A stretch of 64,000 nucleotides of DNA from a virus. Shown here piece after piece: positions 14,648-23,176 of the stretch (positions are counted from its first letter, which is position 1; each line of letters begins with the position of its first letter). The stretch spans positions 1-64,000 of IMG/VR virus record IMGVR_UViG_3300033512_000452. One strand, given 5' to 3'. A program made the translations under genes and the position numbers. The notes beneath the pieces were generated by a model. The model did no database searches, was not told the origin of the DNA, and saw only the letters and a list, made by a program, of their open reading frames with translations.

Positions 14648-15277
14648 ATGTCTGAAGAAAACACTACTCCTGTTGAGCCATCAACTTCTCAGCAGCAAAG
14701 TAGCCAACCCAATACGGATTGGGAAGCTCGATACAAAGGAACTGTACGAAAAATCGAAGAACTCACCCTTGGAAACCGATCGCTCCAAGAGCAGAACACC
14801 ATTCTTTCCTCTGAAAAAGAGCAACTGAATGTGAGACTGTCTCAATTGGAAACAGAAAAAACAGTCGGCAATCAATCGTGGGAACAAAAATATACGGAAA
14901 TTATTGAGAAGAGCACAAAAGCTGCTGAAGAATTGCGCGGACTGCAAACTTGGAAGGTCAAATACGACGTTGCAAGAGAAGTTGATCCTCGCTTACTCCC
15001 CGTTCTCGACACGCTCCCAAATATTGAGGATCGTGACACCCTTAAGAACATTATGTCTGGTCTTACTGGCTGGGCGGATGGTTTAGTTAAGGATCGTGAA
15101 AAGCAAATTCTTTCTGGGGTTACACCGCCTTTGGGTGGTTCTCCTGCAATTGACACAGGTCCAAAAACGAGAGATGACTGGAAAAAACACATCGACAGTC
15201 TCCCGCCCGGGTCTAAAGAACGAACTATAGCGATGAACAAAATGTGGGACTTCTTCAATGCTGGCGGCGCTCTCTAA
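14648..15277 (+). CDS. scaffolding protein candidate
   Basis: Q/E/K-rich coiled-coil-like sequence immediately upstream of the capsid gene. Confidence 0.6.
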   Translation: MSEENTTPVEPSTSQQQSSQPNTDWEARYKGTVRKIEELTLGNRSLQEQNTILSSEKEQLNVRLSQLETEKTVGNQSWEQKYTEIIEKSTKAAEELRGLQTWKVKYDVAREVDPRLLPVLDTLPNIEDRDTLKNIMSGLTGWADGLVKDREKQILSGVTPPLGGSPAIDTGPKTRDDWKKHIDSLPPGSKERTIAMNKMWDFFNAGGAL

Positions 15278-15287
15278 GGAGTAAAAC

Positions 15288-16592
15288 ATGGGTACTATTG
15301 AAGATTATGCTGGAAGAACAGTATACGGAACCGTAGACGGGACTCCCCCTACGTCCGCAACCGCACAGACGCTCCCTGATTGGAAGCGTGACTGGTATGA
15401 ATCCGCAATCCTTGAAACGATTCGGATGAAATCCATCCTCGTTCCGTTTTGCACGGTCAAAGAGGATTTCGCGTCTAAAGCCGCAGGGCGAATGACCTAC
15501 ACTGAGATCTTTGATCTGGAGTCCAACTGGAATCCCACGACTGAAGATGAAATTTGGTTTAAAGGTGGTTCTCTCGACTCTCGTTCCGTAACGATTGACC
15601 TTGAGATGTACCACAACGTTGTGAAATTCTCTCAGTACATGCCTCTCACGATGTACATCAACGGTGGTGACATGCGCGGTCTTGTGACTGAAAAGATCGG
15701 TGTTGACGTCGCAAACACCATGGACATCCTGGCGCGCAACGCTTTCCTCACGCATCCGAACCCAAAATATGCTGGAACAGCGACTTCCCGGGCAACACTT
15801 GACGCTGCTGACGTATTCGATCCCATGATTGGCGAATTGGTTCGGACTGAACTGGAAGAAGATGAAATCCCTGGTATCACTTCCGTTGAAGACGGCGGTG
15901 GCGCAACAGTGTTGTGTGTAACAACTCCTCGTGTCATCCATGATATTCGCACCACAGCTGGCAACGAATGGATTGACGCTCAGAACTACGCTGGCGCCGC
16001 GAAGCGGTTCACTAGTGAAGTTGGGACGTTCGGCGGGGTTCGCTATATTAAGACAAATCGCCTTCGCCTGCGTAACGCTGGCGCTACGATCGCCCAGACC
16101 ACATTGGACGGCGCGGTTGTTCCTGGGCAGGGCGCTGCCGCAACCGTGGACAGCGTTTATAAACCCGGCCAGACAGGTTCCACTCGCTACGTGACAGTTG
16201 CGGCTGTGACTGATTTCGCCGTTGGTCAGTACGTTACCGTTCATCACGCAAGTCTCGGTACCGCCGTTTTGGACACTGATGGTTCTCAGGAAGTTCGCCG
16301 CATCGTAAGCATCGACTCTGGAAATAAACGGTTGTCGTTTGACAAGCCGTTCTTGAAAGACCACGCCTCCGGCGCTTATGTGACCCACGGGCAGAACGTT
16401 CATGCGAGTCTGTTTGTTGGCGGACCTTCCATTGTGTGTGGTATCGCGGAACGTCCTACCATCCTGATCCCCCCTGTGATCGACGATGCCCAAATGATTA
16501 ACCGTATCTCCTGGCGCGCTTACATGAACTTCCAATTGTTCCGCCCTGAGTTCTACCAGTTGGTTTATTCGTCTGGCTCTGACAACGAATAA
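15288..16592 (+). CDS. major capsid protein (by position and size)
   Basis: 434 aa; follows the scaffold candidate; strong RBS. Confidence 0.7.
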   Translation: MGTIEDYAGRTVYGTVDGTPPTSATAQTLPDWKRDWYESAILETIRMKSILVPFCTVKEDFASKAAGRMTYTEIFDLESNWNPTTEDEIWFKGGSLDSRSVTIDLEMYHNVVKFSQYMPLTMYINGGDMRGLVTEKIGVDVANTMDILARNAFLTHPNPKYAGTATSRATLDAADVFDPMIGELVRTELEEDEIPGITSVEDGGGATVLCVTTPRVIHDIRTTAGNEWIDAQNYAGAAKRFTSEVGTFGGVRYIKTNRLRLRNAGATIAQTTLDGAVVPGQGAAATVDSVYKPGQTGSTRYVTVAAVTDFAVGQYVTVHHASLGTAVLDTDGSQEVRRIVSIDSGNKRLSFDKPFLKDHASGAYVTHGQNVHASLFVGGPSIVCGIAERPTILIPPVIDDAQMINRISWRAYMNFQLFRPEFYQLVYSSGSDNE

Positions 16593-16602
16593 GGAGTAAA
16601 AG

Positions 16603-16716
16603 ATGGCTTTCAAGAAAGCGGATCCTAAGGATGAAGAAAAAGGAAAGCCTTTCCCCAAAAAAGGGAAAGGCAAAGTGCCTCCAAAAAAAGGCAAGGTACC
16701 CCCGAAAGGGAAATAA
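16603..16716 (+). CDS. 37-aa lysine/proline-rich peptide
   Basis: ATG at 16603 after AAGGAG. Own translation MAFKKADPKDEEKGKPFPKKGKGKVPPKKGKVPPKGK. Below the ORF-track length cutoff. Confidence 0.45.
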   Translation: MAFKKADPKDEEKGKPFPKKGKGKVPPKKGKVPPKGK

Positions 16717-16719
16717 CTT

Positions 16720-17361
16720 ATGAACTGGAATGAATTCCTGGCGCACGTTCGGATTGATTTACAAGATGACAGCACAACGCCCCGATGGAGCGACAAGCTG
16801 CTCTGGATGTATACCTGTGACGCTATTCGTGATTACTCTGGGTGGTTTTCTAAACGTATCGACAGCGTTCCTCTTGTGGAAGTAGATGGGAGTTACAGAC
16901 TGCCCTCCGATTTTGTCGATGAAATTGCTGTTGAGAATCCGTTGGGTGTCTATTTAAAACGTCGCCAGGAGTTTCCAGGATTTAGATTGCTCCAGAGGAG
17001 CAAAACGTACCATATTGAAGGGGAAAGAATATCTCTCGATTACCCTTCTGATGGTCAGGTTTACTTGACCTACTATGCCGTACACGACCTTCCTGTGTCT
17101 GAGGAAGATGTAAATTTTGTTTTTACCGTCCCGATGAGGGACATGGAATTATTGCGGATTTATGTGAAAGCCCGCGTTCACGAACAAATGAGAGGGAAAA
17201 CGGCGCGACTAGACCGGTTTAAATCCGGTTCTGGTAATCGCGATGACAATCCTTTGACTCCCGAGTTTAAGGATTTAATGTTGGAATACCAAGAGAAACT
17301 AGCAGAGAGATGTGCCGGTAGAACGGTTAGTCTTTATAGGGTGGGACGTTATGGCAATTAA
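16720..17361 (+). CDS. head-tail connector/adaptor candidate
   Basis: Position after the capsid gene; 213 aa. Confidence 0.45.
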   Translation: MNWNEFLAHVRIDLQDDSTTPRWSDKLLWMYTCDAIRDYSGWFSKRIDSVPLVEVDGSYRLPSDFVDEIAVENPLGVYLKRRQEFPGFRLLQRSKTYHIEGERISLDYPSDGQVYLTYYAVHDLPVSEEDVNFVFTVPMRDMELLRIYVKARVHEQMRGKTARLDRFKSGSGNRDDNPLTPEFKDLMLEYQEKLAERCAGRTVSLYRVGRYGN

Positions 17362-19171
17362 GAAAATTTCACAGCTCGACGAAGCATTAACTGTAAACGA
17401 CGATGATTATTTGTTGATTAGTCGCGGTGGTACCTCGAATTACAAAGTTAAAACAGAAACAATTGCCGCGAAATTAGCAGAAAGTACAGATCTTGATGAA
17501 GTTAACGACGTTGTTATAACGACAGCGGAAGATAAAGATATTCTTTCTTGTTTCGTGTCTGGCGGTGTGACGACATGGATAAATAAGAAATTATCCGACA
17601 TTTCACTTGGCGATTTTGGCGGTAAAACAAATTTAAAACTAGACGATCTTGGTATCCCTGACGACAACACTGATCTCAATGCGACAACATCGCAGCATGG
17701 GTTGTTGTCGAAATTGCCAGGCGGGACAAATATCTCATTAAGGGGTGATGGTACATTTGGTGCGTCTAGTCAAAAGTTGGACGATTTTGGCGCCCCTGAC
17801 GATAACACAGACCTTAACGCAACGACGTTGCGGCATGGGTTATTGCCAAAGTTGTCCGGCGATGGTTCGAATGTATTCAGGGGGGATGGGTCTTTTTCTG
17901 ACTTGCAATTATCTGAATTATCTGGAGTTTCGTTGACCACGCCGGAAACAGATCAGGTGCTTGCTTATAATGGCGCCAATTGGATTAACAAGTATGCTGA
18001 GAGCGGCGTTGGTGGTGGGCATACTATTCAAAATTCCGGTACAAACCTTGAAACTAAAACAGTATTGAATTTCAAGAATGGTCTTGTAGCGGCGGTGAAT
18101 GGCCAATCTATTGATATCGAATGCAGTTTGCGTGAAAACGCCATCATCGGTGGTGGGTTTGACTTCTTCCAACGGACCGCTCCTGCAACGTGGACGTCTG
18201 TTTTCGAGCGCGTGTCGGGAGCGTACCCAGTAACACGAAAGTTCGGGCCCGATCGATGGGCAGTGCAGTGCAACGAGACGGCAACCGACGGGACGAAAGT
18301 TGAGGTACGACGATACAACGCTGCCCTGACCGGAGATACTGCAGGTACAAAGGTGGCTGCATTTCGACGATCAGCTGTCGGGAAGATTGCTGCGTACCAG
18401 ATTATCGAAGCGTCAACTTCGATGGCGTTGATTCCCAAAACGGTGTCGTTTCAAGTGTCCCTACGTGCCGGTGGAAATGCTCAGTCAGTCAGAGTTGGGA
18501 TCGCGAAGTGGACTGGAACAGCAAACGCTCCTTCAGTCCGCCCGATTGCGGCGTCGACTACATGGACAGCCGATCCTGCACTCGCGGCAAGCTTCACATG
18601 GTTGGCTAATTCTGCAAGTATCACCGTTCCTACAGCCTCTTTTGTGACCTCTAAAGTAAATGTCGATTTATCAACGCACACGACGCTTACAAATCTGATC
18701 GTGTTCATCTACAATGACGAAAACACGACAGCCGCTAATGATGTGCTGTATGTAAAGAACGCCGGTTTATACCCAGACAAAACACAGACTCAAGTGTGGC
18801 TACCTCGCCCATTGGAGTTAGAACTGGTTTTATGTCAGTCATATTTCTGGAAGAATTACCTAATCGATAGTGCACCTGGGTCAAGTGGCACGCCAGCTTA
18901 TGTATTTTTCGAAACATCAGTTGGGGCGGAGTGGTACTTAACTGTCGTGTTCGGTGTGACAATGAGAGTTAATCCTACAATAACATTCTTATCGAAAAAT
19001 GGATTAACTGCACGTGCGAGTAATTTTGGAGGCACAGATTATGGTCTAGACTCTGCAAAATTTGCGGTGGGCAACACTAAACAAGTAAGTGTCTATAATA
19101 ATTCAGGTTCATTAATGACTATTGGTGGTAACTTTGTTTACTTGGGTATAACGGCTGACTCTGAAATATAA
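17351..19171 (+). CDS. fiber / receptor-binding-type protein
   Basis: N-terminus MAIKKISQLDEA... is typical of fibers. Internal duplication KLDD(L/F)G(I/A)PDDNTDLNATT..HGLL.KL.G......RGDG(T/S)F. Confidence 0.6.
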   Translation: MAIKKISQLDEALTVNDDDYLLISRGGTSNYKVKTETIAAKLAESTDLDEVNDVVITTAEDKDILSCFVSGGVTTWINKKLSDISLGDFGGKTNLKLDDLGIPDDNTDLNATTSQHGLLSKLPGGTNISLRGDGTFGASSQKLDDFGAPDDNTDLNATTLRHGLLPKLSGDGSNVFRGDGSFSDLQLSELSGVSLTTPETDQVLAYNGANWINKYAESGVGGGHTIQNSGTNLETKTVLNFKNGLVAAVNGQSIDIECSLRENAIIGGGFDFFQRTAPATWTSVFERVSGAYPVTRKFGPDRWAVQCNETATDGTKVEVRRYNAALTGDTAGTKVAAFRRSAVGKIAAYQIIEASTSMALIPKTVSFQVSLRAGGNAQSVRVGIAKWTGTANAPSVRPIAASTTWTADPALAASFTWLANSASITVPTASFVTSKVNVDLSTHTTLTNLIVFIYNDENTTAANDVLYVKNAGLYPDKTQTQVWLPRPLELELVLCQSYFWKNYLIDSAPGSSGTPAYVFFETSVGAEWYLTVVFGVTMRVNPTITFLSKNGLTARASNFGGTDYGLDSAKFAVGNTKQVSVYNNSGSLMTIGGNFVYLGITADSEI

Positions 19172-19180
19172 AAGGAAACA

Positions 19181-19432
19181 ATGATGTATAAAATTGCTTA
19201 CGACTTATTTTCCGGCAATGTTATCGGAGTTGTTGATGAACAAGGTACAACGATTCCGATTGATATCCAAAACAGAGATTTTAGAGTATTTCTGGAGTGG
19301 AACCTTTCACAAGCCACTCCGCTCGATTACACAACGCCTGCCTCTGTAACACCACCCGTAGATGCAATTGGCATAGATCAACGATTAGTGGCTCTTGAAG
19401 ATGCTGTTTTGGCAATTTTAATTGGGAGTTAG
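19181..19432 (+). CDS. hypothetical protein
   Basis: ORF track entry. Confidence 0.55.
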   Translation: MMYKIAYDLFSGNVIGVVDEQGTTIPIDIQNRDFRVFLEWNLSQATPLDYTTPASVTPPVDAIGIDQRLVALEDAVLAILIGS

Positions 19433-19434
19433 TT

Positions 19435-19587
19435 ATGATTGAAATTTGGAGACGACTTATGTTTTACGCTTTTTTACTTAACATGTGGAAGTTGAATCGC
19501 TTAACCGAAGCTCAAGTTGATATAGCTGTGGTATCTAATAAAATCACAGCAAACGAAGGTGTCGCTATCAAGGCTACTGAACGATAA
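19435..19587 (+). CDS. XkdX-like small protein
   Basis: Own translation MIEIWRRLMFYAFLLNMWKLNRLTEAQVDIAVVSNKITANEGVAIKATER. The L-T-x-x-Q-V...ITxxE pattern resembles the XkdX family. Confidence 0.5.
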   Translation: MIEIWRRLMFYAFLLNMWKLNRLTEAQVDIAVVSNKITANEGVAIKATER

Positions 19588-19700
19588 TGAAAAAGTACAA
19601 CCAAGATTGGGAATTATTATCCATCGTCATCGCTTTTGCGCTCATCTTTGCGATGCAACTCGGATTATGGTGGCAGATGCTGATTGGAGAATCGAAATGA
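19587..19700 (+). CDS. 37-aa single-transmembrane peptide
   Basis: Own translation MKKYNQDWELLSIVIAFALIFAMQLGLWWQMLIGESK. ATGA overlaps with both neighbours. Confidence 0.45.
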   Translation: MKKYNQDWELLSIVIAFALIFAMQLGLWWQMLIGESK

Positions 19701-19999
19701 ATTTCATTGGACCAGTTGAACAGATTATGCTCGTTTCTCTCTGTCTGTCTGTAGTCACAATTTTGGCTACGTTGATCTACACCTTTTGCTGCGGGATGAT
19801 GCGGAATAAACTCGAGGTAAATGCTCATCGCTTTATTTGGCTGAGTCATGTTGTCTTGTTTTATTCGTACATTTTATGGCTGGATGATTTATTTCCGGCG
19901 CCGGAAATGGTAGTTATGACGTGGGGCGCTTCCTTGGTTTTGCATGGCGTATTAACAATGGCTGCGACACAAGTTATAAGGATTTTTAGATTTGAGTAG
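19697..19999 (+). CDS. multi-pass membrane protein (holin-like)
   Basis: Start at the internal ATG at 19697 (MNFIGPVEQIMLVSLCL...). About three hydrophobic segments. Confidence 0.5.
   Translation: MNFIGPVEQIMLVSLCLSVVTILATLIYTFCCGMMRNKLEVNAHRFIWLSHVVLFYSYILWLDDLFPAPEMVVMTWGASLVLHGVLTMAATQVIRIFRFE
19892..19907. repeat. exact copy of the 16-bp palindrome
   Basis: Inside the membrane-protein ORF, read as FPAPE. Confidence 0.95.
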
Positions 20000-20390
20000 T
20001 GAAGCCGTTCTCGCGATTATTATAGCCTGTATTGGCGCTGGTGCTGGTATATTACCTTTACTCAAGCCTCGGCCTGACACAAGTGGAGAGATCGTAAAAG
20101 CTGCCGAGTCTCTGATAAAACCACTACGAGAAGAGCTTGAATGCGTTCGAAAAGAGAATGCTGATTTATCAAAACAGGTGGAAATATTGATGCAAAAAAA
20201 TATTTACACAGCCGATCTCGAAGGTGTGCGCGATGAATTACAAGAGAAAGTAACCTCTATGCAAGGTCGAATTGAAACATTGGAGCGCATGAATAAACAC
20301 TTAATTGAGGCTTTTAGGGAATATATATCTAACCCTGTAGATAAAACCAAGTTTTCATCTATGTTAGATGATATGGAACGTCAGATATAA
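19992..20390 (+). CDS. N-terminal transmembrane + coiled-coil protein
   Basis: AVLAIIIACIGAGAGILPLL followed by a heptad-like charged region. TTG start. Confidence 0.5.
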   Translation: MSSEAVLAIIIACIGAGAGILPLLKPRPDTSGEIVKAAESLIKPLREELECVRKENADLSKQVEILMQKNIYTADLEGVRDELQEKVTSMQGRIETLERMNKHLIEAFREYISNPVDKTKFSSMLDDMERQI

Positions 20391-20400
20391 CGGTGTAGTA

Positions 20401-20949
20401 ATGACAGGAATACACGAAGAAATCATTAACAGACTTCGAGATCGGATGCAAGTAGTGATGATAGACAACTTGGACGAGAAAGATGACACGCGTGCAGGTG
20501 TTGTTGTGATTGGCCCTCTGCAAGGAGATCCAGATCCAGACGAAGCTCGGATAAGCATATCAATTCACGAAAACGACCCCGATGCGTTTATTTCTGGTGC
20601 GCCAACAACTCAAGATCGCCGTTGGTGGGACGACGATGTAATAGATTTAGAAATAGGCGGCGTTATAACTAAAACGCGTCGCTTTGTAATTAAGGCGAGA
20701 TGCTTACTGGAGAGGACGAGAGAAAACCTCGTAGACGCCAGGAGGATTGCATCGACGGTAAGAACTAGAATAGAACACTCACTAGCCAGTGTTGATTTTT
20801 CAGGAATTGACGCTGATGGTGAATATGTATCCAGAGGCATTGCGTCAAAGGATATATATAGTGAAATGCTTCAAGGCGGCGGACCCCCGGACAGCTTTGA
20901 ATTTATAATTAAAGTACAGATATCTGTGCTTACGACGACAAAACCATAA
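20401..20949 (+). CDS. tail-module hypothetical protein
   Basis: ATG at 20401 (MTGIHEEI...); lies upstream of the major tail gene. Confidence 0.55.
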   Translation: MTGIHEEIINRLRDRMQVVMIDNLDEKDDTRAGVVVIGPLQGDPDPDEARISISIHENDPDAFISGAPTTQDRRWWDDDVIDLEIGGVITKTRRFVIKARCLLERTRENLVDARRIASTVRTRIEHSLASVDFSGIDADGEYVSRGIASKDIYSEMLQGGGPPDSFEFIIKVQISVLTTTKP

Positions 20950-20961
20950 AGGAGATAAATT

Positions 20962-22374
20962 ATGACTGCTGCTGAAGGATCATTCCTCGGTATTGCGAAA
21001 CAGAGCGCATTCAAAACACCTGTCACTACAGATGCGGATTTTACGTATCTTTTGTTCCGGCAGGGTTCTATTGCTGCGAATAATATTATTTTACCGCTCG
21101 ACCCCGAAGTCGGCGGAGGCGCGCTTAATCCGCGTGCTGTTGTTAAGGCTGGCGTCAACTCTGGCGGTATGTTGGATATCGTTTTCCGCCCTGAAACACT
21201 CGGTTGGTTCCTGCTTGGAATGACCGGGTCTGTAACATCGAAAGCGAACCATGCCCCAGAAGGTGTTGTTGCATACGACGATACGACTCCAATTTTGTCG
21301 TCAAGCGGCACCGACGACGTAACATTGTCTGGCGAAGTTCAGCTTTTCGTATACGCCAACGCTGCTGCAACGTTTTCTGATGCGACGCCAAATGTCGTTA
21401 CCGTTACTGGAAAGGACGCTGCGGTCGCCACTGTCACTGAGACTTTCACGCTTGATACAACGTCCACTGGAACAGACCAGGATGGCATTCGGTATTGGGT
21501 TGGCGATGCTGGTGTCTCCAAGAAATTCAAGGTTATCGAGGAGATCACCTTCACTGAAGGTCCGATCTCCGGATCTGGCGGAAAAATCGCCGTTGGGTTT
21601 AAAGACGGATCTTATTCCCACGTGTTCAAACTCGGGTCTGATCATTTCGACGCGCCCTACTACACTCTGCGCTATGCGCCGGGAAACATGTGGGGCGAGC
21701 AGTTTCAGGACTGCCGTGTGTCTGCTTTGGCGATTAACTTCGCTGGCGCTCGGTTCGTCGATGGCGCACTTCAATTTGTTGGTCGAACGCCGAGTCGCAT
21801 TTCCACAACAGGTTGGGATGCAATCAACCACCTTGATGTTGGTCCTCAGTTCTTGGCTTCTACGCCTGACTGCGCAATGGAGCTTCCGCTCGGGGACAGC
21901 GCCGCTGTTCTTTCTGGGTCTTTTGTGGCATCTTCGCAGATCCCCCTGGACGAGCAGTTTGTGGTTGGTTCTTACGAACCCGAAGGTGTTGATATCGTAT
22001 CGCGGTCGTTCGCTGTACAGATGAATATCAAAGTGACCGACGCCGACCTGTACGCAAAAATGCAGTACGACGCCGAAGGCGGTAACGCTTGGGTTGCCAA
22101 TATTTACAAAGAAGGCAACTTTAAACTCAAACTCGCATCCGGCGAGGAAGCGGCTCTGGTGAAAAAGGCAAATACGTATGGACGTAAGTATCACATTCAG
22201 ATCGCCGGTAACGGTCAGTCTAATGAGAATGCAAACGTATCCTGGACAGCGCAACCTATCGCTCTGCGCGCAGGTCGCCAGATCGTTATGCAGGTAAGCG
22301 GGACGTTCCACCCGGCGCCTGGGTTCGATCCGATCTCGATCACATTGGTCAATCGGGTAGAATCTTACGCCTAG
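20962..22374 (+). CDS. major tail protein candidate
   Basis: 470 aa, directly upstream of the chaperone/frameshift/tape-measure arrangement. Confidence 0.6.
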   Translation: MTAAEGSFLGIAKQSAFKTPVTTDADFTYLLFRQGSIAANNIILPLDPEVGGGALNPRAVVKAGVNSGGMLDIVFRPETLGWFLLGMTGSVTSKANHAPEGVVAYDDTTPILSSSGTDDVTLSGEVQLFVYANAAATFSDATPNVVTVTGKDAAVATVTETFTLDTTSTGTDQDGIRYWVGDAGVSKKFKVIEEITFTEGPISGSGGKIAVGFKDGSYSHVFKLGSDHFDAPYYTLRYAPGNMWGEQFQDCRVSALAINFAGARFVDGALQFVGRTPSRISTTGWDAINHLDVGPQFLASTPDCAMELPLGDSAAVLSGSFVASSQIPLDEQFVVGSYEPEGVDIVSRSFAVQMNIKVTDADLYAKMQYDAEGGNAWVANIYKEGNFKLKLASGEEAALVKKANTYGRKYHIQIAGNGQSNENANVSWTAQPIALRAGRQIVMQVSGTFHPAPGFDPISITLVNRVESYA

Positions 22375-22436
22375 TAAGTAACATTAGTGTGGCAGTCGTA
22401 ATGCGACTGCCACTTAAATAATTTCATGGAGGCAAA

Positions 22437-22877
22437 ATGGTAAAAAGTGAAATCGAAAAAACAGAGGATAAAAGTAAACTAAACGGAAAGATGGCGTTTG
22501 GTAAATACGCAATTCTTTCGTCGGTTACTTATCAACTCAAAAAAGAGCCTGATTGGTATTGGGTAATCAAACCTTTGACAGTTGATACAGACATTAGAAT
22601 CCAGCAGTTGCTGATTGCGAATCAGCGATTTGTTACGGGCGCGGATGGCGATCCTATTCGGGTGCCTGCTGCGGAGTTGGAAGTTGGCGTGTATCAGGTC
22701 GCGGCAACTTTCGAAGAAACGAACATTCCAGATCCGGAAAATCCAGAAAAACCAATCATTGAAAAAGGAGCGAGTATGACTTCTGCTATCGCGAAGTTAA
22801 AAACTTTCCCCTACGAACTCTTAATGGAGCTCTGGAATGCTGTTATTGAGGCAAACCCTCCTTCGGATCTGGAATAA
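22437..22877 (+). CDS. tail assembly chaperone (G-like)
   Basis: 146 aa, immediately before the tape-measure-position ORF. An open -1 frame follows its end. Confidence 0.7.
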   Translation: MVKSEIEKTEDKSKLNGKMAFGKYAILSSVTYQLKKEPDWYWVIKPLTVDTDIRIQQLLIANQRFVTGADGDPIRVPAAELEVGVYQVAATFEETNIPDPENPEKPIIEKGASMTSAIAKLKTFPYELLMELWNAVIEANPPSDLE

Positions 22878-23107
22878 TTAGTGACCTGAACGAGCTCGAG
22901 GATTATGTACGAGATTACTGCCTTGAGGAAAAAGCAGATGACATGATCTTAAATATGTACATCGGGTTAGCGAGTAAAGAAAGAAACGGCCATCATTTGT
23001 TTTCGCCCCTTGAAGAACCGTGGTTCTGGGCAAACTTTGTCAAAACATGGATACAAATGGGGATCGATGAGCGAGATCGCATGAAGGTCGGTGCGTTAAA
23101 GATATAA
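22437..23107 (+). CDS. chaperone -1 frameshift extension product (GT-like)
   Basis: The -1 frame is open from 22850 to the TAA at 23105-23107. It encodes ...SDLNELEDYVRDYCLEEKADDMILNMYIGLASKERNGHHLFSPLEEPWFWANFVKTWIQMGIDERDRMKVGALKI. Confidence 0.6.
22853..22859 (+). promoter_or_regulatory. candidate slippery heptamer A_AAC_CCT
   Basis: The only X_XXY_YYZ-type site inside the 22850-22877 overlap window. Codons are GCA AAC CCT in the zero frame. Confidence 0.45.
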
Positions 23108-23130
23108 AAAGGTCGCGCGACTGGCCTCCA

Positions 23131-23163
23131 AGCCCCCAGGTTTTCCTCTACCTGGGGGCTTTT
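23131..23163 (+). terminator. strong hairpin with short T-tract upstream of the giant ORF
   Basis: AGCCCCCAGG-10 nt-CCTGGGGGCT followed by TTT. Confidence 0.5.
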
Positions 23164-23176
23164 CGAAGGAGAATGT

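Noticed and set aside
15255-16796. 513-aa minus-strand ORF
   Set aside because: It lies entirely antisense to the major capsid gene and the small peptide gene. The sequence is low-complexity and Arg/Cys/Gly-rich, with no RBS. It is a typical shadow ORF of a GC-richer coding region.
21301-22311. 336-aa minus-strand ORF
   Set aside because: It is antisense to the major tail gene within a uniformly plus-strand module. It has no RBS and an implausible composition.
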